This document shows positions 20,643-29,315 of a stretch of 64,000 nucleotides of DNA, in pieces. Position 1 is the stretch's first letter. Every line of letters starts with the position of its first letter. The notes under the pieces were generated by a model. The model worked only from the letters and a program-made list of their open reading frames with translations. It was not told where the DNA came from and did no database searches. A program made the translations under genes and the position numbers. The stretch comes from a virus, in the IMG/VR virus record IMGVR_UViG_3300027754_003435. One strand, given 5' to 3'.

Positions 20643-21242
20643 CTATAATAATTTAGAAAGGGTTTCTCCTAATGCCTTAACATCTTCTTCGATTTTTGAA
20701 AAAACACTATCAAGTTTTTCAGTCTTATGTGTCCATTCAAAACCAACTAACGCTATTAATTCTTTACCTTTGTTGATTGGATATACGACTGCAGATTTTG
20801 AACCCCTCTGTAAAAAAAATGCTTTGGTTATTAAATCATCAATATTATCCACATTTGGATAAACTGCCTTATGATTTACCACATCTTCTATAAACCTGGA
20901 ATATAATGATATAGGTAAGTTTTGGTATTCTTTGAATTCTGTACTTACACCTTCTTCCAACGATTCAAATGAAGTTGAAATTTTAGACATTGATTTACCA
21001 GTTTGATATTTACCACCGTTATGACGTTGAAAAATAAATCCGCGTTGGCATTTATATTCAGTCAATAGTTGGTCAAGTATTGTTTGAATAAGTTTTGAAT
21101 GGGTAATTTCTTGAGTAAGTTTTTTTTGTTTGTACTCACCATATTTGTATTTGAGAAACCACGAAAGTAACACACCTAACAGAGTTGCTGCAGATGATAT
21201 GCCTAATCGTATTATGTCTATATATTCAATATGATTTTCCAT
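20643..21242 (-). CDS. Putative holin (N-terminal TM plus GAF-like domain, T4 gpT-like architecture)
   Basis: One hydrophobic helix (IIRLGISSAATLLGVLLSWFL), then a GAF-like segment (GFIFQRHNGG...SAVVYPI...LIALVGFEW). Confidence 0.5.
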   Translation of the reverse strand: MENHIEYIDIIRLGISSAATLLGVLLSWFLKYKYGEYKQKKLTQEITHSKLIQTILDQLLTEYKCQRGFIFQRHNGGKYQTGKSMSKISTSFESLEEGVSTEFKEYQNLPISLYSRFIEDVVNHKAVYPNVDNIDDLITKAFFLQRGSKSAVVYPINKGKELIALVGFEWTHKTEKLDSVFSKIEEDVKALGETLSKLL

Positions 21243-21267
21243 TTGTAATAAATAGAATTAAGCATAA

Positions 21268-21293
21268 AAAAAGGTAACGAATTAGCTACCTTT
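21268..21293 (-). terminator. Probable terminator
   Basis: Minus strand AAAGGTAGC-TAATTC-GTTACCTTT (9-bp stem with one G-U pair) followed by Ts. Confidence 0.6.
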
Positions 21294-21313
21294 GTAAAAT
21301 TTAATTTCATTAA

Positions 21314-21862
21314 TTACTGTTTTGTAAATATGTTGTCAAGTTCTTTTTCAAAGAAAGCACCGAGGTTTCCAAACTTAATAGAATATAAAATATCTTTTAT
21401 TTTTTCTCGAATATCACTATCCCACCAAATACGCTTTAATCGCATGAATGCAGCAAATAAACCTGGAGCATCCATTGCTACATGAAATCCAATTGAAGTT
21501 ATAATAACAGCGAATACGGAATTAGCTATTTTTTGTTTTTTATCCATCGGAACTTTATCAAAGCCAGGTACACCAACGTTCAACATTCTCATAATATCAT
21601 TTATATAAAATTGATGCAATTTATCTGCACCAGTCCTCAGTAATTCTGCTGCTTTAGTTTTATCGCCAATACCAATTTCTTTTGAAATAAAATCTATACC
21701 GTCAGCAGTAACTCTTGCAACATCAGGTGCTGAAAGTGCAACCGCGGTAACTGTTAATGGATCAAATGAAAATTCCTTAACTAAATTAGAAGACTCCTCG
21801 ACTTTTATTTCATCGAGGAGTTTCTTTAATTTTATGGTATTTTTATTCATTTTTGATTGCAA
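21314..21862 (-). CDS. Hypothetical protein (possible virion cargo, hydrophobic segment)
   Basis: 182-aa ORF abutting the upstream gene; N-terminal IKLKKLLDE leader. Confidence 0.6.
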   Translation of the reverse strand: MQSKMNKNTIKLKKLLDEIKVEESSNLVKEFSFDPLTVTAVALSAPDVARVTADGIDFISKEIGIGDKTKAAELLRTGADKLHQFYINDIMRMLNVGVPGFDKVPMDKKQKIANSVFAVIITSIGFHVAMDAPGLFAAFMRLKRIWWDSDIREKIKDILYSIKFGNLGAFFEKELDNIFTKQ

Positions 21863-23209
21863 TTATTCTGTAATAAATAATAAATTACCGTTCTGCATTT
21901 TAAATTCACCCTTTGGTGAATATGATTCTGCCTTAGGAGCAGCACCACCTGCTTTTTGAAGAAACGGAACAATATTAATTGCAATAGTTGCAATAGTCCA
22001 TACCATCAAACAACTTTTTACTGTTTTTATAAGTGTCTCTGCTGCTAATATAATTGGACCAAGTCCTGGAATAAAGAAAGCAGCAATTGCAGGACCAGAT
22101 GGTGTGATTGCCTTAACAGCAAGTTCTATAAGTTCGGAAAGAATACCACCAATTATTACAAATTTAAAAGCGCCAGGGCCACCTAATAACTTTACGGATT
22201 CGGAATATTTTGGTAACACTTCTTTACCAACAGCAGCAGCAACTGTTTGTGCAATTTTTGCAATAGGAATAAACAATGCCTGTAATATTTTTACTGACCA
22301 TTCAACTACACCTTTTAAGAAAGGATTTTTGATAGCACCTTCAATGTGAGAAAATCCACCACCTTCAGCGATGAATAATCTTCTTTCTGAACTGTTGAAT
22401 AATTCATTAACAACATCAGAATTTGAAAGTAACTTGTTTCTTTCTTTGATTATATTCGCATTCATTTTACGAATAGATTCCATTGTTTTCAAATCTTCTA
22501 AACCACCTTCTGCCTTAGCTGGTTCAACTTTTACGTCTTCGGTGGGTGTTGCATTACCAGCAATCATATCCTTTTCCCATTCCGGAGCACCAAACCATTT
22601 GGTATAGAATGTTTTTGTTATGTAAGTGTTCGTATCTGTCATTTCTTTAACTTCTTTTAAGAAAGCATTTTTATCAGTTATCTTTGCAAGACCTTCTTTT
22701 GCACCGTCTGTGACTTTAGCAGATGCACCTTTTGCCTTATCTGCAAAAGAACCAAATGCCTTGACAAATCCATCTTTACAAGCACTTGCAACTTCTGTTA
22801 CCAAATCTTTGAACTCGCTCCAAACCGCTTTTACTTTTGACCAACCACCGGAAAGTGCTTCTTTTGCTTTGTCACCAAGACCTTTAAGACCATCCCATAT
22901 ATCACCGAAGAAACCTTCAGACAATACTGCATCACCTTCAACTGATTCAACGATAGTCTTTACACTTTTATCAAGTTTCTTAATTGTTGATTCTGTTAAT
23001 GTCTTTGTTTTTGTTTTTGAAAAAAGTATTCTAATAGCATTAGATTCATTTATTGTAAAAACATCACATTTCAATAATGAATTGATTACAGATTCATCTA
23101 ATGCAGTAAATTTAATAGTATTAGCATTGATTTTTTGTGTCATTCTTTTTTCTGAAATAACTTCGTTCATAAGGTATTTCAAAGAATTTGTGTCTTTGAT
23201 GGTTGCCAT
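21863..23209 (-). CDS. Hypothetical protein with hydrophobic C-terminal helices (possible virion cargo)
   Basis: 448-aa ORF with GGAG SD; preceded by the ATATTTAT motif; directly downstream of the major capsid gene. Confidence 0.7.
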   Translation of the reverse strand: MATIKDTNSLKYLMNEVISEKRMTQKINANTIKFTALDESVINSLLKCDVFTINESNAIRILFSKTKTKTLTESTIKKLDKSVKTIVESVEGDAVLSEGFFGDIWDGLKGLGDKAKEALSGGWSKVKAVWSEFKDLVTEVASACKDGFVKAFGSFADKAKGASAKVTDGAKEGLAKITDKNAFLKEVKEMTDTNTYITKTFYTKWFGAPEWEKDMIAGNATPTEDVKVEPAKAEGGLEDLKTMESIRKMNANIIKERNKLLSNSDVVNELFNSSERRLFIAEGGGFSHIEGAIKNPFLKGVVEWSVKILQALFIPIAKIAQTVAAAVGKEVLPKYSESVKLLGGPGAFKFVIIGGILSELIELAVKAITPSGPAIAAFFIPGLGPIILAAETLIKTVKSCLMVWTIATIAINIVPFLQKAGGAAPKAESYSPKGEFKMQNGNLLFITE

Positions 23210-23274
23210 TATTGCTCCAATATAAAAATATATTTTTTTATTTACATAGTCTATAATAAATATAACATAAAATA

Positions 23275-23300
23275 AAAAAGGAGTGATTTCTCACTCCTTT
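23275..23300 (-). terminator. Rho-independent terminator after major capsid gene
   Basis: aaaggagtga-tttc-tcactccttt, a 10-bp perfect stem, followed by a T run on the minus strand. Confidence 0.8.
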
Positions 23301-23324
23301 AATTTTTCAACTAACTATCTAATA

Positions 23325-24968
23325 CTAGATGTCACCTAAAGACTCGATTTGAATCAAACCGTAGAATTCAGGACGAACTATTTTCTTTGCATAGCGTGTC
23401 AACACGCCTTTTCTTGGTGTGAAGTTAGTTGGATCGTAAACCAATGGTGTCATTACAAGTGGAATATATGGTGCATAAACCGCGCCAGTTTCTAGGAATT
23501 GTGTTCCACGGAAACCAACTAAGATTTGGTTTTCTAACATATATGGGTTCTTGTAAACTGTGATGCGGCCATTTAATTGACCAACTTTTTGTACACCCAT
23601 TGCGAATTTCATACCTTCACCATCAACTGCATAGCCAGGCATAGATTCAAGAATTGTAGCAACTTGTGGAGAACATACTAAGAAGTTTGCACCACCACGT
23701 AATGTTTTCTGATGAATTATGTTTGATACTTTTTGAATCTTTGTACCTAATGTTTGGAACCAAGTTTGTTGGTTGAATGCAGAAGCTGCACCTTGTGCTG
23801 TTGAGTAGTCAGTAAATGTATTCAAATATGCATCATATGCTCGACCGATACGTGCTGACCATTTTTCTGTTGTTTGTGCATTCTTAATCAACATATCAAG
23901 AATTTCTAAGTCAATTTCTTGAGAGATATACTCAGATAACATAGAAGTTAATTCTGCTTCTGCGTCAATTGAGTGATATGCATTCAAATCTTGTGCGAAT
24001 TCAGGTGTCCATACTGCTTTCAACTTACGTGTTTTAGCAACAATGGATTCTGAACGTAATTCTAAGTTGATCTCTGGAACACCTAAGTCTGAACCAGCTG
24101 CATTTTCTTCAAAGTCACCACGAGTTGTTGCTGTAGGTTGCTTTTCGTATGCAATACCAACTGTTGCAGGAGCTGCTGATGCAGAAACAACAAAAGTAAT
24201 TGTTGAATTATTGTTTGCTGTTGTTGTATATTGTGGGAAATAACCTAAGATGGTTGAACCACTAACTTTGAATGCGCGAACTGCTTCAAAATCAGGTGAT
24301 GATAATGATGCAGACTGAACAGTAATTGTCATGATTTTACCAGCTACAAGAGATGCAGAGTAAGCATTAAGAAATTCTGAATCATGTTGGTAAAGAGATG
24401 GTGTTGTTATTGATACAGAGCCAGTAACAAAATAAGATCCAGATGTATTTAATCCAGCCGCTTTATCTGCAAGGATACTTGCTTCATTGATTGAATAACC
24501 AAAGCGACCTGCACCATAAAGACCACCTGATGCATCAGCATCTTTTGCTTCTGCACCTGTCACACCAAATACAGAGTCAGTTTGTGAATCTTTACCTGCA
24601 CCTGTTGTGAAGCCAGGTTGTGCTGTACCGTATTTAAAATCTAAGAAGAATACAAGACCAGATGGTAAGTTCATTGGTTGAACAGAAACAAAATCTTTCG
24701 CAGCAATTTCAGAGAAAATACGGCGAACCAATGGAAGTGCAACACCTGCCCATTCTTCTGCGCCAGCTGCTGTACCTGTACGGTTTGATTCATCAATAAG
24801 TTGTTTTGCTTGGTTTTCTAAAAGAACTGCAATAGAGTTCTTTTCATAGTCATTGTTTAAGTTATCAAGTAAACCAGTCTTTGCCCATTTGTTGACAATT
24901 TGACGGTTTTCATTGATAAGTGCTTTGTGGGGACTCCCAGAAGCGTTTAATAAAGATTTTACACTCAT
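23325..24968 (-). CDS. gp23: Major capsid protein (T4 gp23 family)
   Basis: KWAKTGLL...LENQ...LPLVRR...VSVQPMNLPSGLVFFLDFKYG...AKTRKLKAVWTPEFAQDLNAYHSIDAEAELTSMLSEYISQEID...YAPYIPL...FTPRKGVLTRYA. Confidence 0.97.
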   Translation of the reverse strand: MSVKSLLNASGSPHKALINENRQIVNKWAKTGLLDNLNNDYEKNSIAVLLENQAKQLIDESNRTGTAAGAEEWAGVALPLVRRIFSEIAAKDFVSVQPMNLPSGLVFFLDFKYGTAQPGFTTGAGKDSQTDSVFGVTGAEAKDADASGGLYGAGRFGYSINEASILADKAAGLNTSGSYFVTGSVSITTPSLYQHDSEFLNAYSASLVAGKIMTITVQSASLSSPDFEAVRAFKVSGSTILGYFPQYTTTANNNSTITFVVSASAAPATVGIAYEKQPTATTRGDFEENAAGSDLGVPEINLELRSESIVAKTRKLKAVWTPEFAQDLNAYHSIDAEAELTSMLSEYISQEIDLEILDMLIKNAQTTEKWSARIGRAYDAYLNTFTDYSTAQGAASAFNQQTWFQTLGTKIQKVSNIIHQKTLRGGANFLVCSPQVATILESMPGYAVDGEGMKFAMGVQKVGQLNGRITVYKNPYMLENQILVGFRGTQFLETGAVYAPYIPLVMTPLVYDPTNFTPRKGVLTRYAKKIVRPEFYGLIQIESLGDI

Positions 24969-24990
24969 TTTTTCTTTTCCTATAATAAAA

Positions 24991-26010
24991 TTATTTTAAA
25001 CCTGCTAATTTGCGTAAACGAGTTGCCATAACATCACCTTCATTCAAAATATTACGTGAAGGACGTGTACTTGCAATTGGTTTAGATGCAAAAGATTCTT
25101 TGATTTGTTTTGTAGTACCTTTTGCTGTTTTTAATGCTTCCGAAAGTGTTGCGAATACTAACTTGACTTCACGAAGACTTGCTGCGCGGTCAAAGTTTTC
25201 AATTACTGTCATCTTTTGGCTTTCAGATAAAGAATGTTTTCTGAAAAGTTTGTTTGAGAACAATAACTTAGAATTTAGTAAATTAACCTCATTGATTTTT
25301 GAGCGAAGGAATTGAATAACTGCATAAGCTTCACGAAGTTTAGCTTCTGCAACTTTTTCTTCTTCTTTTTCTTCTTCTTCCATTGCTGGTTCTTCGTCTT
25401 CTTCTTCACGAAGAGCACGTAAAACTTCTTTGATGTCAACTTCTTCTTCTTCTGCTTCTTCAATAGGAGCTTCTGCTTCTTCTTCTTCACGAAGAGCGCG
25501 TAAAATCTCTTGGATTTCAGCAACTTCTTCTGTTTCTTCGTCTTCTTCTTCCACTAATTGAACCAACTTTTCTCCTTTCATTTGTGTTGATGCAGATGAT
25601 GCTTTTGGAGCTGGTTTTTTATTGTCACCACCACCGATGTCAGACGATACTAAATCTTCTTCAAGTTGACGGATTATTTCCATCAAATCTTCGTCCATTG
25701 GTTCTTCTTCATCTTCTGCTTCTTCCATTGCTGGTTCTTCTTCTTCTGCTTCTTCCATTGCTGGTTCTTCAGTTTCTTCATCGCCTTCTTCCATTGCTGG
25801 TTCTTCTTCTTCGTCTGCTTCATTGTAGAAACCGTATTCTTCAACAGGTTCTTCTGTTTCTTCGGCTTCTGCTTCTTCAGAAAGTTTCTTAGAAAGCATA
25901 GACTGTAGACGAGGTGTGAACGCCTCTTCCAAAGCGAGTTTTGCGTTTGCAAGTGCTACTTCCTTAACGGCTTTAGCATCTGCGATTGCTTCTTTCAGTA
26001 AATCATTCAT
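24991..26010 (-). CDS. gp22: Prohead core scaffolding protein (T4 gp22-like); likely start 26010
   Basis: Very acidic protein between the protease region and MCP: MNDLLKEAIADAKAVKEVAL.NAKLALEEAF.P...EVNLLNSKLLF. GGAG SD. Confidence 0.85.
   Translation of the reverse strand: MNDLLKEAIADAKAVKEVALANAKLALEEAFTPRLQSMLSKKLSEEAEAEETEEPVEEYGFYNEADEEEEPAMEEGDEETEEPAMEEAEEEEPAMEEAEDEEEPMDEDLMEIIRQLEEDLVSSDIGGGDNKKPAPKASSASTQMKGEKLVQLVEEEDEETEEVAEIQEILRALREEEEAEAPIEEAEEEEVDIKEVLRALREEEDEEPAMEEEEKEEEKVAEAKLREAYAVIQFLRSKINEVNLLNSKLLFSNKLFRKHSLSESQKMTVIENFDRAASLREVKLVFATLSEALKTAKGTTKQIKESFASKPIASTRPSRNILNEGDVMATRLRKLAGLK
25370..25815 (-). repeat. Acidic coding repeats (EEEPAMEE x4; LRALREEE x2) in scaffold
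   Basis: Repeated ttcttccattgctggttcttc on the + strand at ~25376, 25721, 25751 and 25787. Confidence 0.85.
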
Positions 26011-26138
26011 TAAAATCTCCAACTATTCTAGCGTTATTGTTAACGTCTAATTAATATAAAAATAGTATATGCCCCTATACGTTGAAGATATTGTTTAATT
26101 CTTCATAGGGTATTATATTAAATAAGTATGGTGTATTA

Positions 26139-26276
26139 TTATTTTTTTATTTTTTTTGTAATTTTTTTTTCATCGGATGGGATACCAAGAATAGAACTAA
26201 CATCAGAATCCGTATATATGAATCGTATGTCTCTGTCTTTAGTATCGATTTTCTTTTCTTTTTTTTCATCAGCCAT
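26139..26276 (-). CDS. Small Lys-rich hypothetical protein (45 aa)
   Basis: MADEKKEKKIDTKDRDIRFIYTDSDVSSILGIPSDEKKITKKIKK*; its ATG overlaps the stop of the upstream ART gene (ATGGCTGA). Below the ORF-track cutoff. Confidence 0.45.
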   Translation of the reverse strand: MADEKKEKKIDTKDRDIRFIYTDSDVSSILGIPSDEKKITKKIKK

Positions 26277-27282
26277 TGTTTTGCTCCACTAATACTTTAT
26301 AAATATTGCGGGTTTCGTTATATCCGTGGATTGTAAATTTACAATTTCTCGGTAGGGTAATTTCTGTTTCGTGACAGTAATCATTTATTTTACATGGTAA
26401 TGTTAGTACAGATGAACCGGCTGGAATTAACATTTCAATAAGCGGTAATCTTTTTTCGTTCATACCTTCAGCAACCAATGGGTTTAATGAAGTTGAAACA
26501 TATCCATTATCAATCCAAGTACCAGCACTCAATAGTTTTTGTAAAACATCATCATTTTCAACAGTTCTATACAACACTATATTAAAATCCAATCGTTGTA
26601 ATTCTTCTCTGAATGCAAAGTCTAAATTATAAACCGTCATTCCTTGCATCGCATTCATATATTCTGGCATACGTGTATCATCTTTTTTAGGTTTGCCCAT
26701 TTTAAGTTGTTGGCGTATTTCTTTTTCAGAATCTAATTCAATTTGGGAACGAACTAATTCATTTATATCTTTAGTATTTTTATAGTAATATTGTAACGCT
26801 ATTATAGTTTCGTTATTCAATACTTTTTTACTAATCAAATTACTTTTAGTAATCGCTATTGCTTGTACCTTTTTTGCTATCTTCTTTAATGTTGATTTTG
26901 CTTCTTCATCATCTTTCTTAGAAATGTTTAAATCATACGCATCTAAAATTTCTTCGTAATCATAACTTAAAAGTTTTTCTTGTGATTGTGGTGATATTGA
27001 TGTAGATTTCTTTTTCCAACTATCCGCTTCTACTGGACTTACTAAATCAACGGTTTTTAATCCAGTTGGTGTTTCTTCCTCTGATTTATCTTCCTTTTTT
27101 TCTTTATCTTCACCGCCTTCTTCAGCAGGTTCTTCTTCTGGCTTTTCTTCTTCTTTTGGCGTGGGTTCTTCTGCTGCAGGTGCTTCATCCTCTCCTTCTA
27201 TTAAATAAGAAGAATTAGTCATATCTTCAATGATTTTCCGTATTTCTTCACGAATAATTTCTTCGATATAATGCGAGGTCAT
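26269..27282 (-). CDS. ADP-ribosyltransferase (R-S-E / VIP2-Alt-Mod type) with acidic N-terminal region
   Basis: C-terminal VLYRTV...NGYVSTSLNP...LIEMLIP.GS...HETEITLPRN contains the R, STS and ExE motifs; AGGAG SD. Confidence 0.8.
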   Translation of the reverse strand: MTSHYIEEIIREEIRKIIEDMTNSSYLIEGEDEAPAAEEPTPKEEEKPEEEPAEEGGEDKEKKEDKSEEETPTGLKTVDLVSPVEADSWKKKSTSISPQSQEKLLSYDYEEILDAYDLNISKKDDEEAKSTLKKIAKKVQAIAITKSNLISKKVLNNETIIALQYYYKNTKDINELVRSQIELDSEKEIRQQLKMGKPKKDDTRMPEYMNAMQGMTVYNLDFAFREELQRLDFNIVLYRTVENDDVLQKLLSAGTWIDNGYVSTSLNPLVAEGMNEKRLPLIEMLIPAGSSVLTLPCKINDYCHETEITLPRNCKFTIHGYNETRNIYKVLVEQNNG

Positions 27283-27301
27283 TAAAAATACTCCTGCTAT
27301 G

Positions 27302-27529
27302 TTAGATATTTTCTACGTCTAATTTTCGCTGTCTTCTAATAGCAGCGTTTCTTTTTTCAGCTTTTTTCTTTGATGGTTTAATATATTCCATACGATTTTT
27401 ATATTCTTCAAGAATACCTGCTTCTTTTACTTTACGTTTGAATATTTTAATCATAACATCAACCGGCATACCTGTATTTTTTACTTTTACATGAGCCGAA
27501 TTAGAGTGTGTATATACTCTATCATTCAT
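27302..27529 (-). CDS. rpsU: Phage-encoded 30S ribosomal protein bS21
   Basis: VKVKN...VDVMIKIFKRKVKEAGILEEYKNRMEYIKPSKKKAEKRNAAIRRQ matches the bS21 pattern (FKRK...G.L.E.K.R..Y.KPS...). Confidence 0.9.
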   Translation of the reverse strand: MNDRVYTHSNSAHVKVKNTGMPVDVMIKIFKRKVKEAGILEEYKNRMEYIKPSKKKAEKRNAAIRRQRKLDVENI

Positions 27530-27541
27530 AACTTTCTTTCC

Positions 27542-28153
27542 TTATTGTTTATTAATCTCTTTTATCTCATAGAATTTACTGAGATTTTTACCTATATTCT
27601 CGTAAATTGATTCCAAAGTTCTTTGTAGTTTTACAATCTTTTGTGTTGTTTGTTCAAAAACTTTCACAGATTCTTTTAACTGCTTTGAACTTCTTCTATG
27701 AGAAACACCTTCAAACCAATCACCAGATTCTTCAACCATATTTTTACTTGCGAATTCAACCATTCTTTTAATTTCAGACACAACTTCTGGTAGTTGTTTT
27801 GAACGATGAACTACTGCACGATATTCATTGTATCTACCGATTGATTCTATATACATTCTTTTTTGTTCTGATGTAAGAACTTTTGTACTAAATCTCTCTT
27901 TCATTACTTCTTGAACAGCATCGGCAACTAATTGATTTAATTCTTCTTTTGTTAATGTTGTTTTACTTTCACCAACTTTTTTTGGAAGCCCTTTGTGTTT
28001 TGTTGCTGCAAACTTTTCAATATCTTTCTCAGTCATTGATTTTGCAAGTTGTTCAATAGATTTATTAACTTTTGAAGCAGGAATTTGACCACGTTTAACT
28101 GCTAAAGCAAGTCCCATTAATTTTTGTTGTTTTTGTGAAAGTGCGGGCATCAT
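27542..28153 (-). CDS. Hypothetical protein with N-terminal DUF3008-like domain and C-terminal coiled coil
   Basis: PALSQKQQKLMGLALAVKRG...AKSMTEKDIEKFAATKHKGLPKKV resembles my recollection of DUF3008 small basic proteins. Confidence 0.6.
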   Translation of the reverse strand: MMPALSQKQQKLMGLALAVKRGQIPASKVNKSIEQLAKSMTEKDIEKFAATKHKGLPKKVGESKTTLTKEELNQLVADAVQEVMKERFSTKVLTSEQKRMYIESIGRYNEYRAVVHRSKQLPEVVSEIKRMVEFASKNMVEESGDWFEGVSHRRSSKQLKESVKVFEQTTQKIVKLQRTLESIYENIGKNLSKFYEIKEINKQ

Positions 28154-28812
28154 TTATCTCCAAATATACATTCACAAATATTTCCAATTTCACAAATAAT
28201 ATTTGTAATATTGTTGTTAATACGTTGAATTTTAGGATCAATCTTAGAAATAGTTTCTAAACTAACACCCTCCCTAATCAAACCTTCGTTCTGATGACCA
28301 TCTGCATACATGAATGCACCTTGTGTGGATGGATTCGATACAAAGTCCCAACCTATTAATTCAAAGTCCTCTTGTACTTCAACTGTATTCTCACTTATTT
28401 CTTCAACCGAACCTAAACCACGAGAAGAAATACCAAGGCGAATTCCTGCACCAAGCAGTTGTTTTAGAATGTTACCAGATGGGGTTGGGAGTATCTCTAC
28501 TGTACCAATTACATCATTGCCTTTCCAATCTACACTCAATACATTATGAGAAACATTTCTTAAATTAATAACAGAAGAATCTGGATGATCTAACTCACCC
28601 AACGCTCTATTTTCTTTAATATTTGTTTCAGCATATTTTTTTACTTCACGCATTAAAATCTTTTTTGGGTAAACTCTACCATTTTGATTTTTTACTTCTG
28701 CTCTTTGTAAAACACCCGAAACTATAACTTTACCATCGTTTTTCTTTTCAGATTCTGCAATCATTCTTGGACTTGCACTAAATAGTATAGTATCTACGAG
28801 TAATTGTTTCAT
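28150..28812 (-). CDS. gp21: Prohead core protease (T4 gp21-like)
   Basis: GVLQRAEVKNQNGRVYP...RALGELDHP...VSH...PTPSGNIL...GISSRGLGS...DFVSNPST. Confidence 0.95.
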   Translation of the reverse strand: MKQLLVDTILFSASPRMIAESEKKNDGKVIVSGVLQRAEVKNQNGRVYPKKILMREVKKYAETNIKENRALGELDHPDSSVINLRNVSHNVLSVDWKGNDVIGTVEILPTPSGNILKQLLGAGIRLGISSRGLGSVEEISENTVEVQEDFELIGWDFVSNPSTQGAFMYADGHQNEGLIREGVSLETISKIDPKIQRINNNITNIICEIGNICECIFGDK

Positions 28813-28813
28813 T

Positions 28814-29311
28814 TTAAGCACCTAATTCGTGTATTTTTTTACTAATTCTATTAATTCGTTCTGATATTTTTACAAGACGATTACGTGATTCTCCCCAAAG
28901 AGTTCTTTGATCAACCGCCATTTCTGTTTTTAATCGTGAAGCATGTTCTACTACTTTCTCAACTTCATACATAATTCTATTTATACTTTTAATAGAATCA
29001 TTTATTTTTCTGTTTGTAGTTCTTGTTTCATCTTTACGGAATTCTTTATATGACGCTTCGTTCAACGCACCCATTGCTTGAACATAGGTAGATTCATAAT
29101 TTCTTTTTTTAGTTTTTGGAACAAGTTTATATCCGTAAACTTCCGCAGTTTCTTTATTGTGTTCTTCAAAATCATCTTCATTAGCAGCAAATGCCTTTGG
29201 AGTTTCATATCCAGCCACCATACCGGTTACACTAATTTCATCAAGTTCTTCCTGAAACTGTTTGAATTCTTCGGACTCTTTTATTTTATGTATGAAAGTG
29301 TTTACATTCAT
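28814..29311 (-). CDS. Hypothetical head-cluster protein
   Basis: 165-aa ORF translationally coupled within the head operon. Confidence 0.65.
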   Translation of the reverse strand: MNVNTFIHKIKESEEFKQFQEELDEISVTGMVAGYETPKAFAANEDDFEEHNKETAEVYGYKLVPKTKKRNYESTYVQAMGALNEASYKEFRKDETRTTNRKINDSIKSINRIMYEVEKVVEHASRLKTEMAVDQRTLWGESRNRLVKISERINRISKKIHELGA

Positions 29312-29315
29312 GTGA

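Noticed and set aside
25275-25952. Alternative-frame Lys-rich ORFs overlapping the scaffold (25275-25523, 25683-25952)
   Set aside because: They result from GAA-rich Glu repeats read in another frame.
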